Source: Betaproteobacteria bacterium
GTDB lineage: Bacteria; Pseudomonadota; Gammaproteobacteria; Burkholderiales; Casimicrobiaceae
Length of the DNA stretch: 32,822 bases
Direction of reading: 5' to 3'
Assembly: GCA_025355395.1 (NCBI GenBank)
Contig: JANXZT010000528.1
Span: 1-32,822, forward strand
Positions 20,727-30,331 of this stretch are shown piece after piece. The notes beneath the pieces were generated by a model. That model was not told the DNA's origin. It saw only the letters and a program-made list of their open reading frames with translations, and made no database searches. How positions within the stretch are numbered: the stretch's first letter is position 1; every line of letters starts with the position of its first letter. Position numbers and translations under genes: made by a program.

Positions 20727-21929
20727 ATGGATGAGCCACTGCAGAAGATGATCGCAAGCCGTTACGGCGGCCGGGATCTGCCCGTAGCGCTGGTGCTGCC
20801 CGACGGCGGCCGGGTTCCGCTATCCGCCTCCCCCGAAATCGAGATCATCGCGCGGAGTTGGCGTGGACTCAAGGCCCTCGCGTCGCCGGCCATGGGCAGC
20901 CTGGCCCGCGCCTATGTACATGGCGAGATCGATTTCTCGGGCAGCGCGCGGCGCATCCTCGGCATCGCCGAAACGATGGTCGGCGACATCGCCCACGGCC
21001 ACGAGGCGGTGAGGGCGCGGTGGCGGCAGCTTGTTCACCCGCGGCGCAGCAACCGCAAGAACATCCAGTATCACTACGACGTATCCAATGCGTTCTACCG
21101 GTTGTGGCTGGATGCGCGGATGGTGTATTCGTGCGGCTATTTCCTCAGCGAGTCGGATTCGCTCGACCTGGCGCAGACCCAGAAGCTAGACCACATCTGT
21201 CGCAAGCTGCAGTTGCACGAAGGGGAGAGCTTCCTCGACATCGGTTGTGGCTGGGGCGGGCTCATTTTCTGGGCCGCGGAACGCTACGGCGTGAAGGCCA
21301 AGGGCATCACGTTGTCGCGCAACCAGTTCGACCACGTGCAGCAGGAAATTGCAGTCCGCGGCCTTGGCGGGCGAGTCGAAGTGGAGATGCTTGATTACCT
21401 CGACCTGCCGGATGTCCCGGCGTATGACAAGGTGGCGAGCGTGGGGATGTTCGAGCATGTGGGCGTTGCGCGCTTCCCGCGCTACTTTGGCAAGATCGCC
21501 CGCGTGCTCAATCCCGGCGGCCTGGTCCTGAATCACGGCATCACGCACAACTGGCTCGGCGCCCGCGCCTTGGGCAGCGGCATCGGCGAGTTTGTGGAGG
21601 AATACGTTTTCCCCGGCGGCGAGCTCACCCACGCCTCCAATGTGATTGCCGGAATGGCGTCGAGCGGGCTCGAGCTCTTGGATGCGGAACCCCTGCGCGA
21701 GCATTACGGCAAGACGTTGTGGCACTGGGTCGATCGGCTCGAAGCCCATGCCGATGCCGCACGCGCTGAAGTGGGCGAGGAAAAATTCCGGATTTGGCGA
21801 ATCTATTTGGCGGGGTCGGCGCACGCGTTCGACCGCGGGTGGCTCAATCTTTTCCAGCTTCTTGGTGGCAAGCCGTATTCCAACGGTCGGCTGCCGCACC
21901 CCCTGACGCGCGACTACATGTACGCGTAG
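20727..21929 (+). CDS. cfa: cyclopropane-fatty-acyl-phospholipid synthase family SAM-dependent methyltransferase
   Basis: QYHYDVSNAFYRLWLD, SAM motif LDIGCGWGGL, FEHVG and WRIYLAGSAHAF. Starts at ATG 20727. Confidence 0.9.
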   Translation: MDEPLQKMIASRYGGRDLPVALVLPDGGRVPLSASPEIEIIARSWRGLKALASPAMGSLARAYVHGEIDFSGSARRILGIAETMVGDIAHGHEAVRARWRQLVHPRRSNRKNIQYHYDVSNAFYRLWLDARMVYSCGYFLSESDSLDLAQTQKLDHICRKLQLHEGESFLDIGCGWGGLIFWAAERYGVKAKGITLSRNQFDHVQQEIAVRGLGGRVEVEMLDYLDLPDVPAYDKVASVGMFEHVGVARFPRYFGKIARVLNPGGLVLNHGITHNWLGARALGSGIGEFVEEYVFPGGELTHASNVIAGMASSGLELLDAEPLREHYGKTLWHWVDRLEAHADAARAEVGEEKFRIWRIYLAGSAHAFDRGWLNLFQLLGGKPYSNGRLPHPLTRDYMYA

Positions 21930-22045
21930 GGACATTCGGCTGGCGGCATTGCGTCGAACCTCCACTGTGGGCACTTCATTTCCCGATGGGGGTCTCTTTC
22001 GTGATGGTATTGGGTAGGAGCCCGGCCGTCTCCATATCGAGCTTC

Positions 22046-22339
22046 ATGGAACCGCGCATGCCCGGCATTCAGTCTTCATCCGGCGACTCGTTGCTCGACT
22101 TTCCGTGCCTTTTTCCCATTAAAGTGATGGGGCGCACACAGGATGACTTCGCCCAGACGATCGTAGCGGTGGTGCAAAAGCATGCGCCGGATTTCGATCC
22201 TCGCACCGTCGAAATGCGCGCCTCGACTGCGGGCAATTATCTTTCGCTCACGTGCACCATCAACGCCACGTCACGCGACCGGCTCGATGATCTTTATCGC
22301 GAGCTTTCGTCACACCCGATGGTAACGATGGTGCTGTGA
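22046..22339 (+). CDS. ybeD: DUF493 family protein YbeD
   Basis: LLDFPCLFPIKVMGRTQDDFAQTIVAVVQKHAPDF...YLSLTCTINATSRDRLDDLYRELSSHP. 97 aa from ATG 22046 (alternative start 22058). Lies upstream of lipB, as in other proteobacteria. Confidence 0.85.
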   Translation: MEPRMPGIQSSSGDSLLDFPCLFPIKVMGRTQDDFAQTIVAVVQKHAPDFDPRTVEMRASTAGNYLSLTCTINATSRDRLDDLYRELSSHPMVTMVL

Positions 22340-22396
22340 AGGCGTGATGGCTGACGCTGCGCGCAGGCGATTGCGCGCCGACCTTCCGGCAACCTG

Positions 22397-23068
22397 ATGA
22401 TGTGCACGGAGCTTTCTGGTGCCGCAACGCGCCCACGCGATATCGTGGTGCGTGCGCTGGGAGTAACCGCCTATGAGCCGACCTGGCGCGCCATGCAGGC
22501 TTTCAATGCGGCGCGCGAGTCCACCACCCGGGACGAGATTTGGCTCACCGAGCACGCGCCGGTTTATACGCTGGGGCTCGCCGGCCGCGTGGAGCATTTG
22601 TTGCGCAATCCCGGCGTGCCGGTGATCAAGGTCGACCGCGGCGGCCAGATCACCTATCACGGGCCGGGCCAGCTCATTGTCTACCTCATGATCGACCTGC
22701 GGCGTAACGGCTTCGGAGTGCGCGCGCTCGTCCGAAAGCTCGAAGGGGCGGTGGTAGAATGGCTTGATTCCGTTGGCGTTTTCGCCTATGGCAAAGCAGC
22801 GGCGCCAGGCGTCTATGTGCGACGCAGCGGTGGCGAAGCCAAAATTGCCGCCTTGGGCCTGCGGGTGCGAAATGGCTGCACGTATCACGGCTTGAGCGTC
22901 AACATTGCCATGGATCTCCGACCCTTCGACGACATCGACCCGTGCGGGTATCCTGGGCTCGCGGTCACGCAGCTTGCGGAGTACGTCGCGGGCCCCACCG
23001 TGGCCACCGCCGGCCACGCGCTCGCACCGATCATCGCGCGCCGGCTGACCAAGGATGTTGGAACCTGA
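22397..23068 (+). CDS. lipB: lipoyl(octanoyl) transferase
   Basis: [31 protein letters not shown] and KIAALGLRV. Confidence 0.92.
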   Translation: MMCTELSGAATRPRDIVVRALGVTAYEPTWRAMQAFNAARESTTRDEIWLTEHAPVYTLGLAGRVEHLLRNPGVPVIKVDRGGQITYHGPGQLIVYLMIDLRRNGFGVRALVRKLEGAVVEWLDSVGVFAYGKAAAPGVYVRRSGGEAKIAALGLRVRNGCTYHGLSVNIAMDLRPFDDIDPCGYPGLAVTQLAEYVAGPTVATAGHALAPIIARRLTKDVGT

Positions 23069-24051
23069 TGGACCCGCGCGACGCGCCGGCCAGCAACGCC
23101 GCGGGGGTCAAGCACAAGGGCGACGCCAAGACCGCGCGCGTGTTTGCCAGATTCCCCATCAAGATCGTCCCAGCCGAGCGGCTCAAAAAACCGGACTGGA
23201 TTCGCGCCAAGGCGCCTACTTCGCCGCGTTTCCACGAGATCAAGCGGATCCTCCGCGAAAACAACCTGCACACGGTATGTGAAGAGGCTTCGTGCCCGAA
23301 CATCGGCGAGTGCTTCAGCAACGGCACCGCGACGTTCATGATCATGGGCGACATCTGCACCCGCCGGTGTCCGTTCTGTGACGTGGGACACGGCCGGCCG
23401 CTGGCGCTGGATCGCGACGAGCCGATCAACCTCGCGCGCACGATCGCGGCGTTGCACTTGCGCTATGTCGTCGTCACCAGCGTCGATCGGGATGATCTTC
23501 GCGATGGCGGTGCGCAGCATTTTGTCGATTGCATCCGCGCGGTGCGGACGCATTCTCCGGCCACGCAGATCGAGATCCTGGTGCCGGATTTTCGCGGCCG
23601 TCTGGAGCGCGCGCTGGGCATCCTGGAAGATGCGCCACCCGACGTGATGAACCACAATCTGGAAACCGTGCCGCGGCTCTACCAACAGGCGCGGCCGGGG
23701 TCCGATTATGCGAACTCCCTCGCCCTCCTGCGTGAATTCAAGCAGCGCTTTCCGGCCATTCCCACCAAATCAGGATTGATGGTGGGGCTCGGCGAAACCG
23801 ACGATGAAATTCTTGCCGTGATGCGCGACATGCGCGCGCATGGCATCGACATGCTGACGCTCGGCCAGTATCTGCAGCCCAGCCCCAGCCATCTGCCGGT
23901 GCTGCGTTATGTGCATCCGGACGCGTTTGGGAGCTTCGAGCGCGAGGCCTACGCCATGGGTTTCCGGCACGCCGCGGTGGGCGCCATGGTCCGATCTTCG
24001 TATCACGCCGATCGGCAAGCCGAGGAAATTCTGAACGCCGCATCTTGCTAG
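23068..24051 (+). CDS. lipA: lipoyl synthase (radical SAM)
   Basis: [13 protein letters not shown] plus the radical-SAM cluster [10 protein letters not shown]. The ATG overlaps the lipB stop (TGATG). Confidence 0.95.
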   Translation: MDPRDAPASNAAGVKHKGDAKTARVFARFPIKIVPAERLKKPDWIRAKAPTSPRFHEIKRILRENNLHTVCEEASCPNIGECFSNGTATFMIMGDICTRRCPFCDVGHGRPLALDRDEPINLARTIAALHLRYVVVTSVDRDDLRDGGAQHFVDCIRAVRTHSPATQIEILVPDFRGRLERALGILEDAPPDVMNHNLETVPRLYQQARPGSDYANSLALLREFKQRFPAIPTKSGLMVGLGETDDEILAVMRDMRAHGIDMLTLGQYLQPSPSHLPVLRYVHPDAFGSFEREAYAMGFRHAAVGAMVRSSYHADRQAEEILNAASC

Positions 24052-24054
24052 CAA

Positions 24055-24129
24055 GAAAGTAGGGTCAGACTCGTCTTTCGCTACAAGCCTGCAAGAGGTA
24101 AACGGAAAGTCGAGTCTGACCCTACTTTC
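24055..24129. repeat. REP-like inverted-repeat element, copy 2
   Basis: Arms gaaagtagggtcagactcgtctttcg (24055-24080) and cggaaagtcgagtctgaccctactttc (24103-24129) are reverse complements. Same core as copy 1. Sits between convergent lipA and mltA. Confidence 0.7.
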
Positions 24130-24158
24130 CCGACCCGCGCGACGACTGATCTCGCTCC

Positions 24159-25490
24159 TCAACGATTCGGCAATGGCGCGCCTTTGGGCCAGAGCAGCCA
24201 CATGCGCCCTTCCTGCCGCATGCGCCCCGCCTCTTGGCCAGCGTCATCGCCGAAACCCCAGAAGAAATCCGCGCGCACCGCACCGCGAATGGCGCCGCCC
24301 GTGTCCTGCGTCATCACAAGGCGTTGCAGCGCACGGTCCGTCGACGGATAGGTGGTAGCGATATAGACCGGCGCGCCCAGTGGAATGGAGCGGGTGTCGG
24401 CGGCGATGGTCCGTCGCGCGAGGAGCGGCACGCCAAGACTGCCGATGGGACCATCGATCGCGGCCTCCAGGGTCCCGGCCATTGGCGGCGGCACTTCGCG
24501 GAAAAAAACATAGCTCGGATTGGCATCGAGAATTCCGGAGAGCTTTTCGGGATTGCGCTGTCCCCACTCGCGAATGTTCTGCATCGAGGTGCGCTCCAGT
24601 GGTATCTCACCGCGGTCCGCCAACACGCTACCGATCGCGCGATAGGGCTGGCCGTTCTGGTCGGCGTAACCGACCCGCATCACCGAGCCGTCGGCGAGCG
24701 CAATGCGTCCCGAGCCCTGGATCTGCAGGAAGAACGCCTCGACCGGATCGCCCACGTACGCGAGCTCACGGCCGCGCGTCATGGCCTTGCCCGCCTCGAT
24801 ATCCGCCCGCGGCCAATACGGAATCACGCGCTTGCCTTCCACGCGGCCGCGCAACCGCTTGTCCTTGAGTTCCGCGTAGAGCTCGGTCAGGTCGATGGTG
24901 AGCAAGTCTTCCGGCGGCGCGTAAAGCGGCACGCGGAAGCTCGCGGTCGGCTCGCGGCTTCCCATGAGCAGCGGCTCGTAATAGCCCGTCACAAGGCCCG
25001 TGTCCCGGCCGTCCGGGGACGTCACTGCATATGGGTTAAAATACTGCTCGAAGAATGTGCGCACCTCGCTCGCGTGGGTGGCTTGCACGAGCGCCGCGGC
25101 GGTGCAGGCTTCCTGCCAGAGCGAAGACGCGTTACCTCGGACGAGCGCGCCGCATCCTGCCAGCAACGCGGGCCATACCTCCTGGGTGCGGTCGACGCGC
25201 CAGCCGGGGAGCGCGTCCCACGACACTGGCAGGTATTGCGCCGGGAGCGCCGGGAGCGACGGCGGCGGAGGTGCGGGGGTAGGCGTGGGTGTGGGGGCGG
25301 GCGCAGGCGCCAAGGGCGAGACGGCGCATCCGGCAACCAGCGCCGCGCACATCGCCGCCAACAAGATTGCCGTCCAACATCGGGCCGCCAGAGATTGCAG
25401 ATGAAGGCGGCCCCGCCCACCGTAGCGAGGTCTTGCGATGGAATGGATTTTTCTCGAAGCGCTGGTTGCGCTCCTGCTCGCTGTGTTCAT
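24159..25490 (-). CDS. mltA: membrane-bound lytic murein transglycosylase A (lipoprotein)
   Basis: Lipobox LVAGC followed by a Pro/Thr/Ala linker, then GYYEPLL, YADQNGQPYRAIG and QDTGGAIRGAVRADFFWG (MltA/3D domain). Start is uncertain: ATG 25490 is preferred, and the tracked TTG 25577 overlaps the apaG stop. Confidence 0.85.
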   Translation of the reverse strand: MNTASRSATSASRKIHSIARPRYGGRGRLHLQSLAARCWTAILLAAMCAALVAGCAVSPLAPAPAPTPTPTPAPPPPSLPALPAQYLPVSWDALPGWRVDRTQEVWPALLAGCGALVRGNASSLWQEACTAAALVQATHASEVRTFFEQYFNPYAVTSPDGRDTGLVTGYYEPLLMGSREPTASFRVPLYAPPEDLLTIDLTELYAELKDKRLRGRVEGKRVIPYWPRADIEAGKAMTRGRELAYVGDPVEAFFLQIQGSGRIALADGSVMRVGYADQNGQPYRAIGSVLADRGEIPLERTSMQNIREWGQRNPEKLSGILDANPSYVFFREVPPPMAGTLEAAIDGPIGSLGVPLLARRTIAADTRSIPLGAPVYIATTYPSTDRALQRLVMTQDTGGAIRGAVRADFFWGFGDDAGQEAGRMRQEGRMWLLWPKGAPLPNR

Positions 25491-25573
25491 CGTGTGGTGG
25501 ACGATGCGCCCGCGCAAACGCAAGCCGGAAGTGCTCGAGGCGGCGCGACGCGCGGGTGCGGGTGCTGCGAACC

Positions 25574-25957
25574 TCAATGAAGGATGCGCGGAACCGAAAG
25601 AGTGAAGGACGGAATCGGTACCTCGAAGTTATGGCCGTCCTCGGCCACCATCTGATAGGTGCCATGCATCGTGCCCATCGCCGTGGGCAGCGTGGCGCCG
25701 CTCGTGTATTCGAACGCCTCGCCCGGTTGCAACAGTGGTTGCTGGCCGACGACGCCCAGCCCCTTCACTTCCTGGACGTTGTGCTCCGCATCGGTGATGA
25801 TCCAATGCCTGCTGATGAGCTGGGCCGACACATTGCCCGCGTTGGTGAGGGTGATAGTGTAGGCGAACACATATTGATTGCGCGACGGCTCCGACCGGTC
25901 TGCGAGATACGCCGCCTTGACGCCGATGCTGATTTCGTAATTGCTGTCTTCGCCCAT
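25574..25957 (-). CDS. apaG: ApaG (DUF525) protein
   Basis: FAYTITLTNAGNVSAQLISRHWIITDAEHNVQEVKGLGVVGQQPLLQPGEAFEYTSG. Confidence 0.9.
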   Translation of the reverse strand: MGEDSNYEISIGVKAAYLADRSEPSRNQYVFAYTITLTNAGNVSAQLISRHWIITDAEHNVQEVKGLGVVGQQPLLQPGEAFEYTSGATLPTAMGTMHGTYQMVAEDGHNFEVPIPSFTLSVPRILH

Positions 25958-25995
25958 CGAAGTGCCCGTGATTCTTCGTGAGGGAATTATAAGCC

Positions 25996-26676
25996 ATGCT
26001 CGAATACCGAATCGCGGCCTCGATCCTCTCTGCGGACTTCGCGCGTCTCGGCGAGGAAGTGCGGGCGGTGGTTGCAGCCGGTGCCGACCTCATTCACTTC
26101 GACGTGATGGACAACCATTACGTTCCCAACCTCACGATCGGGCCGCTGGTCTGTGCGGCGCTCAAGCCCCATGCCAGCGTGCCCGTCGACGTGCATCTCA
26201 TGGTGAAGCCGGTCGACCGCATCGTGCCCGATTTCGCCAAAGCCGGTGCGTCGATCATCAGCTTCCATCCGGAAGCGAGCGAGCACGTGGACCGCACCGT
26301 CGCGCTGATCCATGAGGTGGGATGCAAGGCCGGACTGGTCTTCAACCCGGCAACGCCGCTCGACTGGCTCGACCACACCCTCGGCGCGCTCGATCTCGTG
26401 CTCATCATGTCAGTGAATCCCGGCTTCGGCGGACAGTCGTTCATTCCTGGCGCCTTGCGTAAGCTGGCCGCCGCAAGATCGCGCATCGATGCATTATTCG
26501 CGCGGACCGGGCGCAAGATCCTGCTCGAGATCGATGGTGGCGTGAAGGTCGAGAACATTGCGGAAATTGCACGCGCCGGAGCCGATACCTTTGTGGCGGG
26601 CTCCGCCATCTTCGGTGCCCCGGACTACGCGGGCACCATCGGCCGGATGCGCGCTGCACTGGCGAGCGTGGGCTGA
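25996..26676 (+). CDS. rpe: ribulose-phosphate 3-epimerase
   Basis: [31 protein letters not shown] and [13 protein letters not shown]. Confidence 0.95.
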   Translation: MLEYRIAASILSADFARLGEEVRAVVAAGADLIHFDVMDNHYVPNLTIGPLVCAALKPHASVPVDVHLMVKPVDRIVPDFAKAGASIISFHPEASEHVDRTVALIHEVGCKAGLVFNPATPLDWLDHTLGALDLVLIMSVNPGFGGQSFIPGALRKLAAARSRIDALFARTGRKILLEIDGGVKVENIAEIARAGADTFVAGSAIFGAPDYAGTIGRMRAALASVG

Positions 26677-26680
26677 TTCG

Positions 26681-27427
26681 ATGTTCAGTGCGAAACCATT
26701 CCCGGTTGCCGGCGGCATGAGCGCGCCGCTACCGATGTTCGAAATTGGCGGAGTGGCGATCGATCTTGATGGCACCCTGCTCGACACCATCCACGATCTC
26801 GCCGCCGCCGTGAATGCGTTGCTGGTGGACGGAGGCCGGCGTCCGTTGCAAAAGGAGCGCATCCGCATGCTCGTGGGCAAGGGCATGGCCAATCTCATCC
26901 GTCGGGCCCTGGCGGAATCGCGCGGGGTCGCACCGCAGGCGATCAGCGAGGCCGATGCGCAGGCCGCGCTCATCGGATATCAGGCGCACTACCGGGCACT
27001 CCTCGGCAATGAGACGAAGATTTTTCCAGGTGTGCTCGATGGGCTGGCGCGGCTCCGCGCGATGGGCTTGCCACTGGCGATTGTCACCAACAAGGCGAGT
27101 CGCTTCGTGCGCCCGCATCTCATTCGTGCCGGTATCGAGCACTATTTCGACCTGGTGCTCGGTGCGGAAGACCTGCCGACCAGGAAGCCGGAGCCCGGGC
27201 CGCTCCTGCATGTCGCGCATGCATTCGGCGTGACGCCTGCGCAACTTCTGATGGTGGGCGACTCGATCAACGATGCGCAGGCCGCGCGCGCGGCGGGTTG
27301 CCCGGTTCTGATCGTTCCCTACGGCTACAACGAAGGCGAGCCGGTGCAATCGATCGACGCCGATGGTATAGTGCCCTCGCTGGTCGCGGTCGCTGATTGC
27401 GTCCGCGCCATACCGGCCTTCCGATGA
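26681..27427 (+). CDS. gph: phosphoglycolate phosphatase (HAD superfamily)
   Basis: HAD motif I IDLDGTLLDT, IVTNK and MVGDSINDAQAARAAG. Start is ATG 26681, with alternatives at 26717 and 26735. The rpe-gph-trpE order is typical of betaproteobacteria. Confidence 0.88.
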   Translation: MFSAKPFPVAGGMSAPLPMFEIGGVAIDLDGTLLDTIHDLAAAVNALLVDGGRRPLQKERIRMLVGKGMANLIRRALAESRGVAPQAISEADAQAALIGYQAHYRALLGNETKIFPGVLDGLARLRAMGLPLAIVTNKASRFVRPHLIRAGIEHYFDLVLGAEDLPTRKPEPGPLLHVAHAFGVTPAQLLMVGDSINDAQAARAAGCPVLIVPYGYNEGEPVQSIDADGIVPSLVAVADCVRAIPAFR

Positions 27428-27441
27428 GCATCGACTTCAAC

Positions 27442-27510
27442 ATGGCCAATAACGCGATCCCGGCCTGCCGGTGGTGGCGAACGAACGACTGGCGCCGCTC
27501 GCGCCCTTAA
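27442..27510 (+). CDS. trpL: candidate trp operon leader peptide (22 aa, tandem Trp codons)
   Basis: Hand-read ORF ATG...TAA encoding [28 protein letters not shown] lies at 27472-27477, with a third Trp five codons later. Located in the 163-nt gap directly upstream of trpE and followed by mutually exclusive GC-rich pairings. Confidence 0.5.
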   Translation: MANNAIPACRWWRTNDWRRSRP

Positions 27511-27590
27511 GATCGTTCCCGCGGCGCCCGCGTTTACTCGAAGCGGCGCCTGAAACACCCGCTGTCCGTGCGCTACCTTTCGTCGAAGCC

Positions 27591-29123
27591 ATGGTTCCGT
27601 TGACCGAAGCCGAATTCCGCGCGCTCGCGGCACAGGGTTACAACCGCATTCCGCTGGTGCTCGAGTCTTTCGCGGATCTCGATACCCCACTGTCGCTCTA
27701 CATGAAGCTCGCCAAAGCGCCGATGAGCTACCTGCTCGAGTCGGTGGTGGGCGGAGAGCAGTTTGGCCGTTATTCGTTCATCGGCCTCCCGGCGAACCTG
27801 CGCATTCGCGCGCGTGGTACGGCCATCGAGGTGGAAGATCGCACCGGCGTGATCGAGCGTCACCACGGGGATCCGCTCGCGTTCATCGAGGCGTTCATGC
27901 GGCGGTATCGCGTCGCGCCGCGTCCGGGGTTGCCGCGATTTTGTGGCGGCCTGGCGGGGTCTTTCGGCTATGACCTCGTGCGCCACATCGAGCCGCGCCT
28001 TGCCGCCGGCGCACGGCCGGCATCGCCGGGCGTCGACCAGGTTCCCGATCTCCTGTTGTTGTTGACCGAGGAGCTCGCCGTGGTCGACAACCTGGCCGGC
28101 AAGATCTACCTGATCGTGCACGCCGACCCGGCGAGGCATGATGCGCATGAACAAGCGCGCGAGCGACTCGAAGAATTGCGCGGTTCATTGCGTGTCCCGG
28201 TGACGTTGCCGTTGCAGCCCGCGACCACCGTCACCCACGCATCGAGCGAATTCGGGCAGCAGGCCTTCGAGGACGCGGTCGCCAGAGCCAAGGCGTACAT
28301 CGCCGCGGGCGATTGTATGCAAGTCGTGGTGTCGCAACGGCTGTCGCGCGCGTTCACCGAGTCCCCGCTGTCGCTTTACCGGGCCTTGCGCTCGCTCAAT
28401 CCGTCGCCGTACATGTTCTATTACGACTTTGGCGATTTCCATGTCGTAGGCGCCTCGCCGGAAATCCTGGTGCGCAAGGAAGCCGCCACCGTGACACTGC
28501 GGCCCATCGCCGGAACGCGCCCGCGTGGTGCCGACCGCGCTGCCGATGAGCAGAACGCGGCCGACCTCCTCGCCGATCCCAAGGAAATTGCCGAGCACGT
28601 GATGCTGGTCGACCTGGGTCGCAACGATGTCGGACGGGTAGCGGCGACCGGCACCGTGAAGGTGACCGATCGCATGATCGTCGAGCGCTATTACCACGTG
28701 ATGCACATCGTGTCCAATGTCGAAGGCACCTTGCAACCGGGGCTCTCGAGCCTCGACGTGTTGCGGGCGGTCTTTCCTGCCGGGACGGTGAGCGGTGCGC
28801 CCAAGGTGCGGGCGATGGAAATCATCGATGAGCTCGAGCCGACGCGGCGTGCGGTGTACGCCGGTGCGGTCGGTTATCTGAGCTTTCAGGACGACATGGA
28901 TACCGCCATCGCCATCCGTACCGCCGTGGTGAAGGACGGCACGCTTTACGTGCAGGCCGGTGCGGGGATCGTGCACGATTCGGTGCCGGCAACGGAGTGG
29001 CAGGAAACGCTCAACAAGGCCCGCGCCGTGTTGCGCGCGGCAGACATGGTGCAGCAGGGGCTCGATGCGGGCGGCGCCGGCACCCACGACGCGACGGTCA
29101 AGAGTCAATGCGGCGCGCGATGA
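27591..29123 (+). CDS. trpE: anthranilate synthase component I
   Basis: Starts [37 protein letters not shown]. Contains [19 protein letters not shown] and AIRTAV. The tracked start 27471 lies inside the leader region. Confidence 0.95.
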   Translation: MVPLTEAEFRALAAQGYNRIPLVLESFADLDTPLSLYMKLAKAPMSYLLESVVGGEQFGRYSFIGLPANLRIRARGTAIEVEDRTGVIERHHGDPLAFIEAFMRRYRVAPRPGLPRFCGGLAGSFGYDLVRHIEPRLAAGARPASPGVDQVPDLLLLLTEELAVVDNLAGKIYLIVHADPARHDAHEQARERLEELRGSLRVPVTLPLQPATTVTHASSEFGQQAFEDAVARAKAYIAAGDCMQVVVSQRLSRAFTESPLSLYRALRSLNPSPYMFYYDFGDFHVVGASPEILVRKEAATVTLRPIAGTRPRGADRAADEQNAADLLADPKEIAEHVMLVDLGRNDVGRVAATGTVKVTDRMIVERYYHVMHIVSNVEGTLQPGLSSLDVLRAVFPAGTVSGAPKVRAMEIIDELEPTRRAVYAGAVGYLSFQDDMDTAIAIRTAVVKDGTLYVQAGAGIVHDSVPATEWQETLNKARAVLRAADMVQQGLDAGGAGTHDATVKSQCGAR

Positions 29124-30331
29124 CACCTCTGCAGAGCTTGCAGACGGCGGCGCAAAGCTTCCTGCGGCTCGAGTCGGCGGGCGGCATCCTGCTGGTGCTG
29201 GCGGCGGTGATGGCAACGGTGCTCATGAATTCGCCTCTGTCGCGTGCGTACGATGCGTTCCTGCAGATTCCGCTGTCGGTGCAGTTCGGTGCGATCGGCG
29301 TCGGCAAGCCGCTGCTCTTGTGGATCAACGACGGCCTCATGGCGGTGTTCTTCTTTCTCATAGGCCTCGAATTGAAGCGGGAACTCCTGGAGGGTGAGCT
29401 CTCTACGCCGGCCCAGGTGATGCTCCCGATTGCGGCGGCGATGGGTGGGATGGCGGTGCCTGCGCTGGTGTACGCAGGGTTCAATGCTGGCGACGCCATC
29501 GCCATGAATGGCTGGGCGATCCCTGCGGCCACCGACATTGCGTTTGCGCTGGGGGTGCTGACCCTTCTCGGAGATCGCGTGCCGCTCTCGCTCAAGATTT
29601 TCCTGTTGGCACTTGCCATCATCGATGATCTCGGTGTTATCGTCATCATCGCGATTTTCTATTCGGATGATTTGTCGAGCGGTGCGCTTTTTGCTGCCCT
29701 GCTTTGCATACTGTTGTTGCTCGTCCTCAACGTCGGTGGCGTGATGAGATCCGCGGCCTACTATCTGGTCGGCATTGCGCTCTGGATCGCCGTGCTCAAA
29801 TCCGGCGTTCACGCGACGTTGGCGGGCGTGGTTTGCGCGTTCTTCGTGCCTCTCAAATCGCCGGTCGAGAGCGTGGCGTCGCCGCTTCGCACCCTGGAGC
29901 ACGATCTCCACCCGTGGGTCGCCTACGGCATCCTGCCGCTTTTTGCTTTTGCCAACGCGGGGGTCGACCTCGCGGGACTCTCGCTTGGCAGCGTCCTCGA
30001 GCCGGTGCCGCTGGGCATTGCCGCCGGACTCTTCGTGGGCAAGCAGGTCGGCATATTTGCAATCGTGTGGCTCATGGTCAAGCTCCGATGGGCGCGAAAG
30101 CCCGAGGGCGCACGCTGGTCACATCTTTATGGGGTGTCGATCCTGTGCGGCATTGGCTTTACCATGAGCTTTTTCATCGGCTCCCTCGCCTTCGAGGGTC
30201 GCGGCGAAAGCTATGCGACCGCGGTGCGCGTTGGGGTGCTTTGCGGCTCGCTGGTTTCAGCCGCCGTCGGGTATCTGCTGCTGCGGTTTGTCGCCCCACG
30301 CGCGGCACCGCTTTCCGGAAGTGCGCTGTGA
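29120..30331 (+). CDS. nhaA: Na+/H+ antiporter NhaA
   Basis: [36 protein letters not shown] and [17 protein letters not shown] (the DD pair). ATG 29120 overlaps the trpE stop (ATGA), with an alternative ATG at 29108. Its stop overlaps the trpG ATG. Confidence 0.92.
   Translation: MTPLQSLQTAAQSFLRLESAGGILLVLAAVMATVLMNSPLSRAYDAFLQIPLSVQFGAIGVGKPLLLWINDGLMAVFFFLIGLELKRELLEGELSTPAQVMLPIAAAMGGMAVPALVYAGFNAGDAIAMNGWAIPAATDIAFALGVLTLLGDRVPLSLKIFLLALAIIDDLGVIVIIAIFYSDDLSSGALFAALLCILLLLVLNVGGVMRSAAYYLVGIALWIAVLKSGVHATLAGVVCAFFVPLKSPVESVASPLRTLEHDLHPWVAYGILPLFAFANAGVDLAGLSLGSVLEPVPLGIAAGLFVGKQVGIFAIVWLMVKLRWARKPEGARWSHLYGVSILCGIGFTMSFFIGSLAFEGRGESYATAVRVGVLCGSLVSAAVGYLLLRFVAPRAAPLSGSAL

Noticed and set aside
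24234-25580. 448-aa plus-strand ORF
   Set aside because: It is antisense to mltA. The C-terminal half is an RRRRCGGRRGCGGGRRR-type low-complexity read of the Pro/Ala linker on the other strand.
28185-29911. Minus-strand ORFs 28185..29216 (343 aa) and 29105..29911 (268 aa)
   Set aside because: They are antisense to trpE and nhaA respectively, and show biased Arg/His/Asp composition.
29704-30330. N-terminal 209 codons of the tracked 406-aa ORF that ends as trpG
   Set aside because: This is an out-of-frame read of nhaA and is Arg-rich. TrpG homology begins exactly at ATG 30331 ([11 protein letters not shown]), which overlaps the nhaA stop.
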